Assembly (NCBI GenBank): GCA_951406725.2
Contig: OX597815.1
Location: forward strand, 124,868,001-124,932,000
Direction of reading: 5' to 3'
DNA: 64,000 nt
DNA from: Octopus vulgaris
Taxonomy: Eukaryota
The position numbers and the translations under genes were made by a program. Position 1 is the first letter of the stretch; each line of letters opens with the position of its first letter. Of this stretch, positions 40,470 through 51,789 are shown piece by piece. The notes below the pieces were generated by a model. That model was not told the DNA's origin, did not search any database, and saw only the letters and a program-made list of their open reading frames with translations.

Positions 40470-41780
40470 CCTAGCGTCTTTGAATTGCTTCAATCACAAG
40501 AGAAAATATAGCACACTACGCTGGTTATTCAATATTGATGACGTAATGGTATCTGATAAAGCAGGCAAACATCTGGAATTACAATTTCAAATAGTGAAAT
40601 TGTTCAGCAATGATCTAAGGAATCAATATGAAATAGAAAATGTACTAGAAATAACCATACAAGAGATTTGGGTTCAACGGAGAAGCCTTGGAATACATGA
40701 GAGGAGTAATAGTCTTCTATTAGAAAAAGCGATGAAACTGTGGGAAGCTGAACTGCGGGGCGAAAGTGAATTATTGAGAAATGTAAAAACCTGGAAGGGA
40801 ATATTTCAGGGACATTCATCGACTCTTTTGTTTTTCGTGTTTGTGTAGACTTCTTTGACGAGAGTGCTGAGAAAATCTAAATTGGCTTATGAGCTTCTAA
40901 GAATGAGGAGAGAAAATAAATCATGAGCTGTTTAGAGCTGTTTACGACTGCTACCATGTATTATCAATATGACCGTCAGCTGTACATTGATGACCTTCAA
41001 ATGTGCACCAAAACTGAAAAGGTGCATGATTCTCTCGTTAAACATTGAAGATATTTAGTAGGGATATTGGTTTCCCTTTTAAAAGAAATAAGTGTGCAGA
41101 ATTGGTTTCGGGGAGAGGTTGAAATTTTAAATCTGGTGGGATATAGATAGTACAAGATATTCCAATATTATGAGAAAAAGTAAGGGATACGGCTATCTTG
41201 GTACCTTAGAGGGAATCAATATGATAAAATATTGAACAATAAAATGAGTACATAGTTACTATAATAGAAAGTTGAAACAAAACTAAATAGAAGTAATATC
41301 AAGGCAATCATCACCTATGCCCATGTTGCGATGTTCTGCTCCGTGTTTAAACTTGGTAAAGACAAGACTTCGTGAACTGGATAGAACTACTACTCACAAT
41401 GTAAAACTCACATCGTCCCTAAAGGTGATATCGATAGGCTCTAGTTTCGAAGAAGAGAAAGCAGCAAAGGTTCTGTGATATTTGATTTGAAAAACTACGT
41501 TTGGAATAATGAAGAGATATTATCAGCTGCGGCTAGGTATATCAAAGAAGTTGCTGAAGCAGTGGAAGATTTCAAGGGAAAAACAAACAAGTTACAGGAT
41601 AAATAACTAGAAAGAGAAGGAATTACATAGCTAATTCAAGTGACTAATCAAGGATATTGAAAATGAAGAATACTGGTTGTGACTGAGAAAAGAAACTTGC
41701 AAAGAGAAACAGACTCGCTGACTATAATCGCGCAAGAACATCCTATTAAAACGAAGTTAATAATGACATAGAATAAAATT
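40470..41780 (+). mobile_element. Old decayed R4/Dong-clade LINE RT region
   Basis: KGIFQGHSSTLLF, LYIDDLQM (~40980), FSRDIG..NKCA, GYLG, PKGDIDRL, IAQEH in collinear order. Confidence 0.75.
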
Positions 41781-41784
41781 TACA

Positions 41785-42777
41785 TGCAGCATGCACAGAA
41801 ATACATTCTGTAAGCTAAATTCATTGAAATAATTCTGGGATTACATTGAAGACGTAAATGATAATCAATGTCCAAGCGACTATAACTGAAGATAGAGGAT
41901 GGAGAGGTGGGACGCTGGAATTAAGCATCCAAGCAGAAATGGAAACCTTACAAAATTTATTAGAAACGATTACGGCAAACGACATAACAATGAGAGTATG
42001 GGTGGAGGGCAGAGCCCCTCGATGTTATAAATGTGGTCTGAAAGGCCACATAAGAGCAAACTGTAATACGACAGTAAAGGAAATTAAAAAAGAAACAGCA
42101 GTAGAAACAGTAACACCCCAGAAGGAACAGAAAGAAACAGAAGAAAAAGAAAAACAAGTGAAGGAATACGGGAAAGAATGGGAAACCCCAGGAAAAAGAA
42201 AACAGCGGAAAAGGAAAAAGGCAAGTGACTGTGAACCCCAACCCACCCCAGCACCACCCTCACCCACTGTGACCCACCCAAACCACGCAGACGCCAAACC
42301 CACCCACTCCCCACCAACAAGAAAACTTAAAACATGCACACAATTGACAACTCAAAAACCCCGTCCAGAAGAATATTGTTTAGGTATAATAGACAGCGAG
42401 CAATTACATGAAAGGCAGAAATGCCAGATCGATGGGACGAAGAAATGGAAGTGGTATTGTCGGAGGAGCAAGTGAAAGAACTTGAAAATGAACTTGGTGA
42501 TGTATACGTGTTGATTAGGGAAAGTTTGAAATAGAAAGAGAGAGATGAACCCTGGAAAATATACGGGTTAAAATTTGGGGATTTCGTAGATTTTTCAGTC
42601 AAATATGAAAAAGGACAAGTAAGTGATGTTGACTGATGGGGCAGTCAACATCACTTTCACCTCTCATCTATCACCCCTTTTTTTCATCCTATCATTCGAC
42701 AATTTTTTTGATGTTTTGTGTCCCCAATGTGTTGTAGTATCCTATCTATGTAAAACCGTATGGTGAATAAAGAAATA
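41785..42777 (+). mobile_element. gag/ORF1-like retroelement fragment with CCHC zinc knuckle and no RT
   Basis: ORF 41858-42475: VWVEGRAPRCYKCGLKGHIRANC, basic PGKRKQRKRKK, Pro-rich linker; followed by a 15-bp hairpin and AATAAAGAAATA end. Confidence 0.7.
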
Positions 42778-43616
42778 GTAAATCAATGAGCAATGTTGCA
42801 AGGGCACGAATAATTTTAGTTAATATTTTAGTGTTCGACACTCTAGCACGTGGTTCGATAAAATCTCATAATCAAAACATTTCTATAATAGCAATCTGGA
42901 CCAATTCTGATGTTAATAGTGATGTTGCCAATGCGTACACGCACGCGCGCGCGGAAACATAAATATAATATAACGTGTTACTGTAATAACATTCAGAGAA
43001 GTTCGGTTTCTCTTCTGGATTCTATATTGTTACGGCTGATGATTTCACATGTTATTGAGACGAATGAATCAATCATAAAGACACAAGGATGGGATCATGT
43101 AGAGAGAAAGAGTTAGATATATGGAAAGAAAGACAGTGGTAAAGAAAGAGAAAGAAAAGATTCCTTATAACAACAACTAAACTAAAATAGTCTTAATATA
43201 TCTGTGAGATATGGTACAGCTGCAAAATCTGAGATATTTATATATTTGATATTTTGCCGATGGACAAAATATCAGTTTCGTTCGACTGACTTTGCGAACT
43301 GGGCGGGATTTTCTCAAAGCAATCGTCGCAAGTATTGGGGTGTGGTAAGCACTGAAATTTAAGATGCACAATAAATAGATAAATAAATAAATAAATAAAG
43401 GATAAATAAATGAATAGATAAATAAATAAATGAGAAACTGTGAAATGATGTCAACATTGTTTTTTGTATGAGCATTTAGTAAGGATGAATTACACTGTGA
43501 CAGAAATATTTAAATACACCCTACATTTAAGTTCTTTCTGTCTTTCTCTTTTATTGTCTCTCACTTTCTCTCTAACTCTCTCCCTCTTTCTCTGAATTTA
43601 TCTATCTATCTAGCGA

Positions 43617-43961
43617 CTCTGCTTTTCATCCTTTCGTGGTCGATAAATTAAGTACCAGTTACGTACTGATGTCGATCTAATCTACTGACCACATCCCCAA
43701 AAATTTCGGGCCTTGTACCTAGAGCAGAAAAGAATATTCTTATTTACCTAGGCGGCGATCTGGCAAAAACGTTAGCACTCCGAGCGAAATGCTTAGCGAT
43801 ATTTCGTCTGTCTACGTTCTGAGTTCAAATTCCAGCGAGGTCGACGTTGTCTTTCATCTTTTCGGGGTCGAAAAATTAAGTACCAGTTGTGTACTGGAAT
43901 CGATCTAATCGACTGGTTCCCCTCCCCAAAAATTTTGGGTCTTGTGTCTAGAATAGAAAAT
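43617..43961 (+). mobile_element. Tandem SINE family A pair (5'-truncated copy plus full copy)
   Basis: Second copy flanked by 18-bp TSD AATATTCTTATTTACCTA at 43733-43750 and 43962-43979. Confidence 0.9.
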
Positions 43962-43979
43962 AATATTCTTATTTACCTA

Positions 43980-44490
43980 TCCATGCTCATCGTTCTTTTT
44001 TTGTTTGTTGTTTTTAGATCCGCGGTATTGTACATCGGGAATTCGTGTCCTAGGGCCAGACAGTCCATTGAGAATTCTACTGCAATGTTTTGGAACGTTT
44101 CAAGGACTTTCGGCGAAAGTGACTGGATCTGTGGAGCGCAAAGAACTGGATTCTTCATGACCACAATGCACTCTGTCATCGAGCTCTCCTCACTCGTGAG
44201 TTTCTCACTAAAAACAACATGATATCACTTCGGTGCGCGCTCTATTCGCCAGAGTTAGCATCTTCGGACTTCCATCTCTTCCCCGATATGAAAAGGCAGT
44301 TCAAAGGTCACCGTTTTAACACCGCTGTCGAAATCCAGAGCGAATCTCAGAAGGTCCGCGACTCGTTTACGAAAAACTACTTCCAGGCCGGATGCCAAAA
44401 GTTACAGGAACGCTGAGACTGGTGTATTATCGTGCAATTTTACTATTCCGAAGGAGATTATGCTGAATCTTTCCTTAAACATTATTAAAC
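43980..44490 (+). pseudogene. Mariner transposase C-terminal remnant
   Basis: WILHDHNA (cf. HHDNA) and YSPELASSDFHLFP (cf. YSPDLAPSDF); frameshifted. Confidence 0.85.
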
Positions 44491-44578
44491 ACTGGTTGGT
44501 GACCATAGCTGAGAGCACCTGATACATTACTGCTCTAACTTTTAGAGTGCGCTTCTTTTTTGGATATATGATCCACTG

Positions 44579-44641
<63 letters not shown>

Positions 44642-44776
44642 ATGCGTGCGCGCGTGTGTGCATTGAAGTCTTAATCAATATATAACAAATACTGTACATG
44701 TTTAAATAAAACCGCCAGTCATGTGGCATGCACGAATTTTATGTGATCTTGTCCGTTTATATATATATATATACGC

Positions 44777-45306
44777 TGGAAAAAGTATAAGTATTTGTGA
44801 AGGAAATCTAATTCTCGGCGACAACTATGATTGTCACACGCTGACGAGAGGTCAATACCTCGAAACTCGAGTCCGTGTGTATCATAGGTTGAAGACGGGA
44901 AGGATGACTTCCTTTGCAAATACTGACAGGACACAGATAGTGTGTCTATGGCCAGCTGGAGGAGTGTGTCCTCCTGGGGCTAAAAACTACAGTAGCATCC
45001 ACCCTTAGGGGTTAGCCATATTGAAATGGCAAAAATACGTCACGATGTGTTACCGCTACTGTATATAACTCACTTTGATATCATCATTGTTTATCACTTT
45101 TTCAATATATATGGAAAAAGTATAAGTATTTTGAAGGAAATTGTGTATCATAGGTTGAAGACGGGAAGGATGACTTCCCTTTGCAAATACTGACAGGACA
45201 CAGATAGTGTGTCTATGGCCAGCTGGAGGAGTGTGTCCTCCTGGGGCTAAAAACTACAGTAGCATCCACCCTTAGGGGTTAGCCATATTGAAATGGCAAA
45301 AATACG

Positions 45307-45310
<4 letters not shown>
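44777..45310 (+). mobile_element. Retrozyme-like tandem unit (period 335 bp) in (TA)n
   Basis: 44777-45043 is repeated at 45112-45310 almost identically except for a 68-bp deletion; (TA)n on both sides; carries a hammerhead. Confidence 0.75.
44822..44891 (+). ncRNA. Type I hammerhead ribozyme with intact core
   Basis: Stem I CACACG/CGTGTG; CTGACGA (44841-44847); stem II GAGG(TCAATA)CCTC; GAAA (44862-44865); palindromic stem III ACTCGAGT; GTC cleavage triplet (44871-44873); distal stem I CAACTATGAT/ATCATAG(G)TTG. Confidence 0.9.
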
Positions 45311-45344
<34 letters not shown>

Positions 45345-45720
45345 TGCGCAAGCATGGCTATGTGGTAAGAAGTTTGCCTGCTAACCACATGGTTCCGGGT
45401 TCAGTCCCACTGCGTGGCACCTTGGGCAAGTGTCTTCTACTATAGTCCCGGGCTGACTAAAACTATATGAATGGCTTTGGTAGACGGAAACTGAAAGAAG
45501 CCCGTCGTATATATATGTATGTGTCTGTGTTTGTGCTCCAACATCGCTTGACAACCGATGTTGATGTGTTTACGGGCCCGTAACTTTGCAGTTAGGCTAA
45601 AGATACCGATAGGATAAGTACTAGGCTTACAAAGAATAAGTTGGGGGGGGGGGGCGATTTTTTCGACTAAAGTCGGTGCTCCAGCATGGCTGCAGTCAAA
45701 TAACTGAAACAAATAAAAGA
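45345..45720 (+). mobile_element. SINE family B, full-length
   Basis: Head TGGCTATGTGGTAAG...GGGTTCAGTCCC, CORE-like segment, tail GCAGTCAAATAACTGAAAC. Confidence 0.9.
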
Positions 45721-47280
45721 ATAATATATGCATGCACGCATATACAGTAATGCCTCGATAAAAGAGTTAATTTGTTCTCGGAGACAGCTCGTAAAACAGA
45801 GCAAATAATTTCCCATAGTAGCTGTGTTCCCAATCGTAATTCGTTCCCAGAAAAATATTATACCTATAAAATTTATAATACTCGTAGATAAATGGCAATA
45901 AATCAAAGAATATTTTATGTAAAGTAAAAAGAATTTCAAGATCATTTTGGATAAAAAAAAATATTATTATAATCGTTTCCTGAATCAGTTTCACGCGCAT
46001 TTGTAGGCACGATCACCGATCCACAAGCATTCCTAGACGGACATGTAGATTTCTTTTCAAAACCAAGTCTAGAGTTGTTTGCTTAGAAGCTTTCTTTTTC
46101 TTTTTTTATCGTTCTCTATAAATTTCTCGATAACACGCAGAAGCGTTTGCTATGGTAGTAGAAACGTTTGCACTTCGTTCACAAAATGGCTGCTTAACCT
46201 TTTTATATTTATCATAAAATAAAATTCATAAACCCGGGGCCTCGTAAAATGGGGTATTATTGTATATAGAGAGAGGGGAGACCGGGTGAAGACGCAACGG
46301 TGGGAGTTTAACGTGACTGACAAGAAGAACCTAAACCTGAATGGAATATATATATGAAGAGAGAGAAAGGTATAGATAGATACATAGATAGAATTGCTGA
46401 TAAATATATTTTACAAATAAAGTTGTACACCATTAGTGCATTTCTTTTAATAATAATCCTATTATTTAGTTTTGCACAGAAAAACTTTTAAATTCTTACG
46501 TCCTCTCAACAATCTACTTCAGACACGCATATAATTCTATACATACATTGCTTAATCTGAGGAAGAAGAGCAACACCTATACCCATTCTTTGACCATCTA
46601 ATGCTGGTGTGAAGAGAAAATATCGTGCTCGGAACCAAAGTGCAATCCGTTTAATATACCAAAAGACCCGGCAGTGATATTAAACCGGATGTCGGGTTGT
46701 GTTTTCCAACAAAAATCAAGAAATATTTTTCTGACGCGGTTCTCCACAGTTAATTTTACCAAATTTCACTTGTAATGCCTTGGTTAAGCCGAGGCTACAG
46801 TAGAAAGCACTTGTTCAAGAGCCGCTCTGTTAGATTGAAACCGGAACCACATAGCAGCTATGAAATCTTTTTGAAGCTATTGACTTTTCCTGTACCTGAT
46901 ATAAAATTCAGAAGTCAGAGTAATGCAGCAAACTCGCCTTTAGGCACAAAATTATTAAATATCAAGTCGTTTAAAAAGTTTGTGTCTAAACAACTGGAGT
47001 TTCTCTTTGTTTATGCCGAATGTATTTGACGGAGTATATATTCTGACGGAAATATATAGTAGTAGTATTTGTTTCATAGGGTATGTATTTTATATAATAT
47101 ATATGCCAATGGGAATATATCTTGCATTATACTTCAGTATATCATTATATACTGCGATTGAGAAGTCCCTTTAGTATTTATTTGATATATTTTTAGTTTT
47201 TATTTTGTTATATTTTAGTTTTGATATATTTTAAAACTATATCTGGTACTTTGCTACGAATACATACATACACACATATG

Positions 47281-47542
47281 TAGTTAAAATTTATAGAAAA
47301 ACAAAAGACGAAGTGTGTATGAAGAACAAGCAAGTGTATTAGTTTGACGATCGGGAAAAATGAAAATGTCTTTTATGTGTCGAGTGTACGCTCTTCAAGA
47401 GTAAGGAATAAGAGAAAATAAACAGAGAGAATGAAAAGCACATAGATTTCAGCGGTCCAACATGGCGAATGATTGGGGGGAAAAAGAGATTGAATGAAAA
47501 GGATATGATAAAGTGCTCGTGATCTCAACAAGAGAAGGTGCG

Positions 47543-47547
<5 letters not shown>
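47281..47547 (-). mobile_element. Penelope-like terminal-repeat-derived element with an eroded hammerhead
   Basis: Minus strand TCTTGAAGAGCGTACACTCGACACAT (eroded core, GAG/CTC stem, GACA for GAAA); its 5' part matches 58664-58755 (CACGCGCACCTTC..GATCAC..CATTCGCCATG); adjoins (TA)n. Confidence 0.45.
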
Positions 47548-47587
<40 letters not shown>

Positions 47588-48369
47588 TAGATAGATAGAT
47601 AGATAGATATAGTTTATACATTTACAAAATGATGTCATTGTCAAAAGCTGGAATAATATTGATTGTCCCAAAAATAGCAGAATATAACAGGATTCCTATT
47701 CGGTTGACGTGATAAACTTAATTCAGCTGGTCGGAGTGATATAAGGAGCTGGCTGTATTAAGGACAGGACAGTAGAGCAGCTTTCCTGGAATCTCCGAGC
47801 CATAGCAATCAACGAATGGACCGAAGACAGAAGCTTTGATAAATACAGTGGGAAGAAGGATGAAAGTTGTCATGATGTGATAAGAAATGTAAGTAACAGA
47901 GAGAGAAGGGGAAATGAGACATGTATTCGAAAGCTTGATTGACCTCAAATAACTTCAGTTGTTAGCCTGTTCCTGCAAATGTTAAAAGGGATTTTGAATC
48001 AGCCATTATAATCTGTGATGGCGAGGTTTCTTGGCTTCATTAACGAGTTCAAATGTAACCGTAGCTTTATATTTCAGGCAGATGTCAACTACTGGATACA
48101 CAATACGCAAACAAACCAGTCAAGTTGTGCTTCTACAAATAAAAAGATTGTATGTAAAGTATTTGGTTGTTTCTTTTTGCATTTGCTTTTTTTTTCTACT
48201 TCAAGTTTCGAATCTTGAAATACATTAAAGCGTCATTAACTATCCCCACGATGGTCTTCTGCACAGTTTCCTTCTGCAAAAATTCTAGCTACATTTATTA
48301 CTGGTAAACCAATATCATGAACTCCTACAGAATACATCGTTTCCATTTCATTCCTCTTACCTAATTCGT

Positions 48370-48563
48370 TCCCTACCATCGCTTGACGACCAATGTTGGT
48401 GCGTTTATGTCCCCATAACTTAGCGGTTTGGCAAAATAGACTGATTAAATTAAGTACTAGGCTTAAAAAGAAGTTCTGGGATCGATTTCTTCGACTTAAA
48501 AGAAAAACCTTTAAGGCGCTGTCCCAACATGGCTGCCGTCAATTGACTGAAACAGATGAAAGA
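48370..48563 (+). mobile_element. SINE family B, 3' half
   Basis: CCATCGCTTGACGACC...AACTTAGCGGTT...GACTGAAAC. Confidence 0.8.
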
Positions 48564-48564
48564 A

Positions 48565-49015
48565 TATATGAGCATTAGTACGCGTGGAAATCGAACCACA
48601 TTGATTATTTTCACGATAAGTGTCTTGACCGATTACACTAACATACCCACCTGTTTTTTTTGTTGTTTGTTTTTTGGCGTTAAATTTCGGAAATATGATT
48701 TCATAGCGGTAAATATGTAAAGATGTGCGAATTCTGCGTGAACTAGGAAACGTCAGCGAGTGAAATTTTGTAAATAAAATTGAAACTTCATCGTATATTG
48801 ACTTTGGAAAATAGTCTAATATTAGGGCATATAAGCGCCCTGCCGCCGTTCCCTAATTCACGCAAAATTCGCACATGCTTATATATGTACCGCTATGATA
48901 TCATAGTTCCTACATTTGACGGGAAAAAAAGGGAGGGTATGTTGTTGTAATCAGGCAGTATATTTATCGCGAAAATAGGAGGTGTGGGTTCAATTCCCAC
49001 GCGTAATAATATCCA
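48565..49015. repeat. Palindromic element with a tRNA-like module in each arm
   Basis: 48577-48757 is the imperfect reverse complement of 48842-49007; the outer ~70 nt of each arm folds as a tRNA-like cloverleaf. Confidence 0.75.
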
Positions 49016-49198
49016 TTTTTTCGTTAGGATGGTTTATATTCACAATTTCTGGAAAAAAGAGACACGGGACAGTCACTGATGAAATGCCGTTTCTCATAGT
49101 TCCACTCGATTAGAACTGAAGTAGGGCTAAAAAACAATATAAAATATCACACATTCATGTGCAGACATACACGCTTTTGTGTGTGTATACATATATGT

Positions 49199-49253
<55 letters not shown>

Positions 49254-49424
49254 CATACATTACATACATACACTACATACATAGCTGATGATGGAGGCAT
49301 GTTGGATTGTTGGTATGGCTATTTTTGTATATGTGGAATAGTGTTATAACACATCCTTTTGATAAATGTATATATATATATATGCACACACACACACATA
49401 CACACATGATATATCTATAATATT

Positions 49425-49600
49425 GGTTTCAAATTTTGGCCCTTAGGCAGTAATTTTGAGGGAAGAGGCAAGTCGATTACAACGACCCCGGTGGTACTTA
49501 TTTTATCGACCCTGAGAGGATGAAAGACAAATACCACCTCGGCGGAATTTGAACTCGGAGCGTAAAGACCGATGAAATACCTCTAAGCATTTTGCCCGGA
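49425..49600 (-). mobile_element. SINE family A
   Basis: Reverse complement of core and tail 2. Confidence 0.8.
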
Positions 49601-49644
49601 AGTTAGAATGTCATTTGAAATAGTTCAACTGCTATTTTTCGCAG

Positions 49645-49776
49645 GTCAATTGGACTTGTTTGAGGAAGAGTTAAATGACATTATGGCGGTTCCACAAAGC
49701 GACAATAAAACCTCAGACTTGTCATATTACGTGACTCAAATATACAATGCAATGTCTCATGTGAACAGAATTTCAA
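49645..49776 (+). CDS. Candidate internal exon of an unidentified host gene or pseudogene
   Basis: Acceptor TATTTTTCGCAG, donor GTCAGT, 132 nt, open only in phase 1: QLDLFEEELNDIMAVPQSDNKTSDLSYYVTQIYNAMSHVNRIS; non-repetitive. Confidence 0.25.
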
Positions 49777-50281
49777 GTCAGTTATGTTATTTTTAAGCCT
49801 TGTAGTCAAGAGGCAAATTAATTAACACATACTTTTGTTTGTCTATGTCTTTTAATTCTGATGAATTAATTGTACTTTAAAGTATTGAATACGGTGGAAT
49901 ATGATGTAAGAATCCAACAAATTAAACCTGCAATCTCGTTTTAGTTTCATATGTCAGAAACAATGAGTATTATTACGCGTGGGAATCGGCAAACGATGTA
50001 TGAAGTGAAGAACATGTGAACACGTACTGTCAACCTGATGGGTTTCAGTAACGTAACTTTACCCATAAGAAATCGACTCCGGATCCCCTTAAGAAGATTT
50101 TACAATCATTCCGTGATTGTGAACCAGGTTTCTTAAATACATGGTCATAATGGTGATCAATCAATAAGGTCTGGAAATAGCCAGTACATGATGTAGGTGA
50201 AATGGCTGTATCAATAACCCAATTAATAGCACAACCTTGACTTATGTGGAATGTATCGTTGCCTTTTGACCCTTGTATATT

Positions 50282-50892
50282 CTTTTCTACTCTAGGCACA
50301 TGGCCCGAAATTTTGGGAAAGGGGACCAATCAATTGAATCGACCCTAGTATGCGACTGGTACTTTACTTATCGACTCCAAAAGGATGAAAGGCAAAGTCA
50401 ACCTCGGCAGAATTTGAACTCAGAATGTAAAGACAGACGAAATACCTATTTCTTTATTACCCACAAGGGGCTAAACACAGAGGGGACAAACAAGGACAGA
50501 CATAGATATTAAGTCGATTACATCGACCCCAGTGCGTAACTGGTACTTAATTTATCGACCCCGAAACGATGAAAGGCAAAGTCGACCTCGGCGGAATTTG
50601 AACTCAGAACGTAACGGCAGACGAAATACCGATAGGCATTTCGCCCGGCGTGCTAACGTTTCTGCAAGGTCGCCGCCATTTGAACCTTGTATATTAATTA
50701 CTTTATTGCCCACTAGGAGCTAAACATACAGGGGACAAACAAGGACAGACTAAGGGATTAAGTCGATTACATCGACCCCAGTGCGTAACTGGTACTTATT
50801 TAATCGACCCGGAAAGGATGAAAGGCAAAATCGACCTCGGCGGAATTTGAAAGCAGAATGTAACCGCTTACGATTCTGCCAGCTCGCCGCCA
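50282..50892 (-). mobile_element. SINE family A cluster (dimer-like unit 50282-50678 plus copy 50696-50892)
   Basis: Target-like TTTGA(C/A)CCTTGTATATT occurs three times (~50265, 50679, 50893). Confidence 0.88.
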
Positions 50893-51298
50893 TTTGAACC
50901 TTGTATATTATAGTAGTATATACTGTCAAAGAAATTTCATACTTTCAGGTCGTTTATAACAAACTATTCAGGGATCAAACCGGGTAAAATATAATTTTAA
51001 AAAGTTTTAGCAAAGTTATTTTAAACACAGGTTCAATACATGGCATATTCGAAAGGGGCTAAGTTGGTGCATCATTCTAGGACCCTGAGGGCCAATTAGA
51101 GGTCCACTATCTACGAGCTCCTTCTTTCTCCTTCATTAAAAAATCGCAGTTTTCATGAAATTTTAGACGATTTTCTTTCATTCGGAAACATTTTTATTCT
51201 CCATTGCTAAATTTCTCTCGGAGGACCTGTTTAATGATATCAAATAATATAACTTCCTTTTAATAGTGCTACCAATGAGATTTATATTTATGTCTTAG

Positions 51299-51447
51299 TT
51301 ACTCAAAAGGATATAAAATATGTAGAAATGAAACCTGATCCTGTCTCAATGGTGTTTGTAAATCAAAAACATTTTGAAGAATTGGCAACTCGAGAGCTAA
51401 GTTCCTGTTCTACAAGTGATCGCCATATTTATATTAACAATTATTAG
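51299..51447 (+). CDS. Candidate terminal coding exon
   Basis: Acceptor TTTATGTCTTAG; phase-1 frame TQKDIKYVEMKPDPVSMVFVNQKHFEELATRELSSCSTSDRHIYINNY-stop. Confidence 0.2.
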
Positions 51448-51789
51448 ACTGACATTTGGCCAATATAAAATGAAATCGAATCCATTATATAACTTGTAGT
51501 TATTTTATCGAACCAGATGAAAAAGAATTGTTACATCTAATCAAGCAGAAGGAAGAAATTGTATACTGTAAGTATACTGCTGAAGTTTTATATTGTAAGG
51601 CACCTTGTGCAGCTTCTGCTAGTTCATTGCCATTTTATGGAACGCGATTTTATGGACATGCTGAAATGTTTGTAGAGATGCGTGGCTTAGTGGTTAGATG
51701 TGTTCGATTCATGATTGTAAGATTGAAGTTTCGGTTCCGATGGTCTAGTGAAGTTCTAGCGACACGGCCAATAATAATAATTGTTATCC

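Noticed and set aside
46550-46650. CTGAGGA...GAGCA/TGCTC-GGAAC hammerhead-like layout
   Set aside because: GAAA box mutated, extra bases after the core and no convincing stem I or III
47730-47890. Open frame ending at a strong GTAAGT donor
   Set aside because: No good in-frame acceptor (TAA just upstream); could equally be an antisense LINE remnant
49070-49135. CTGATGA followed by a possible long stem (GCC...GGC)
   Set aside because: No GAAA box or cleavage triplet; may be a relic but cannot be supported
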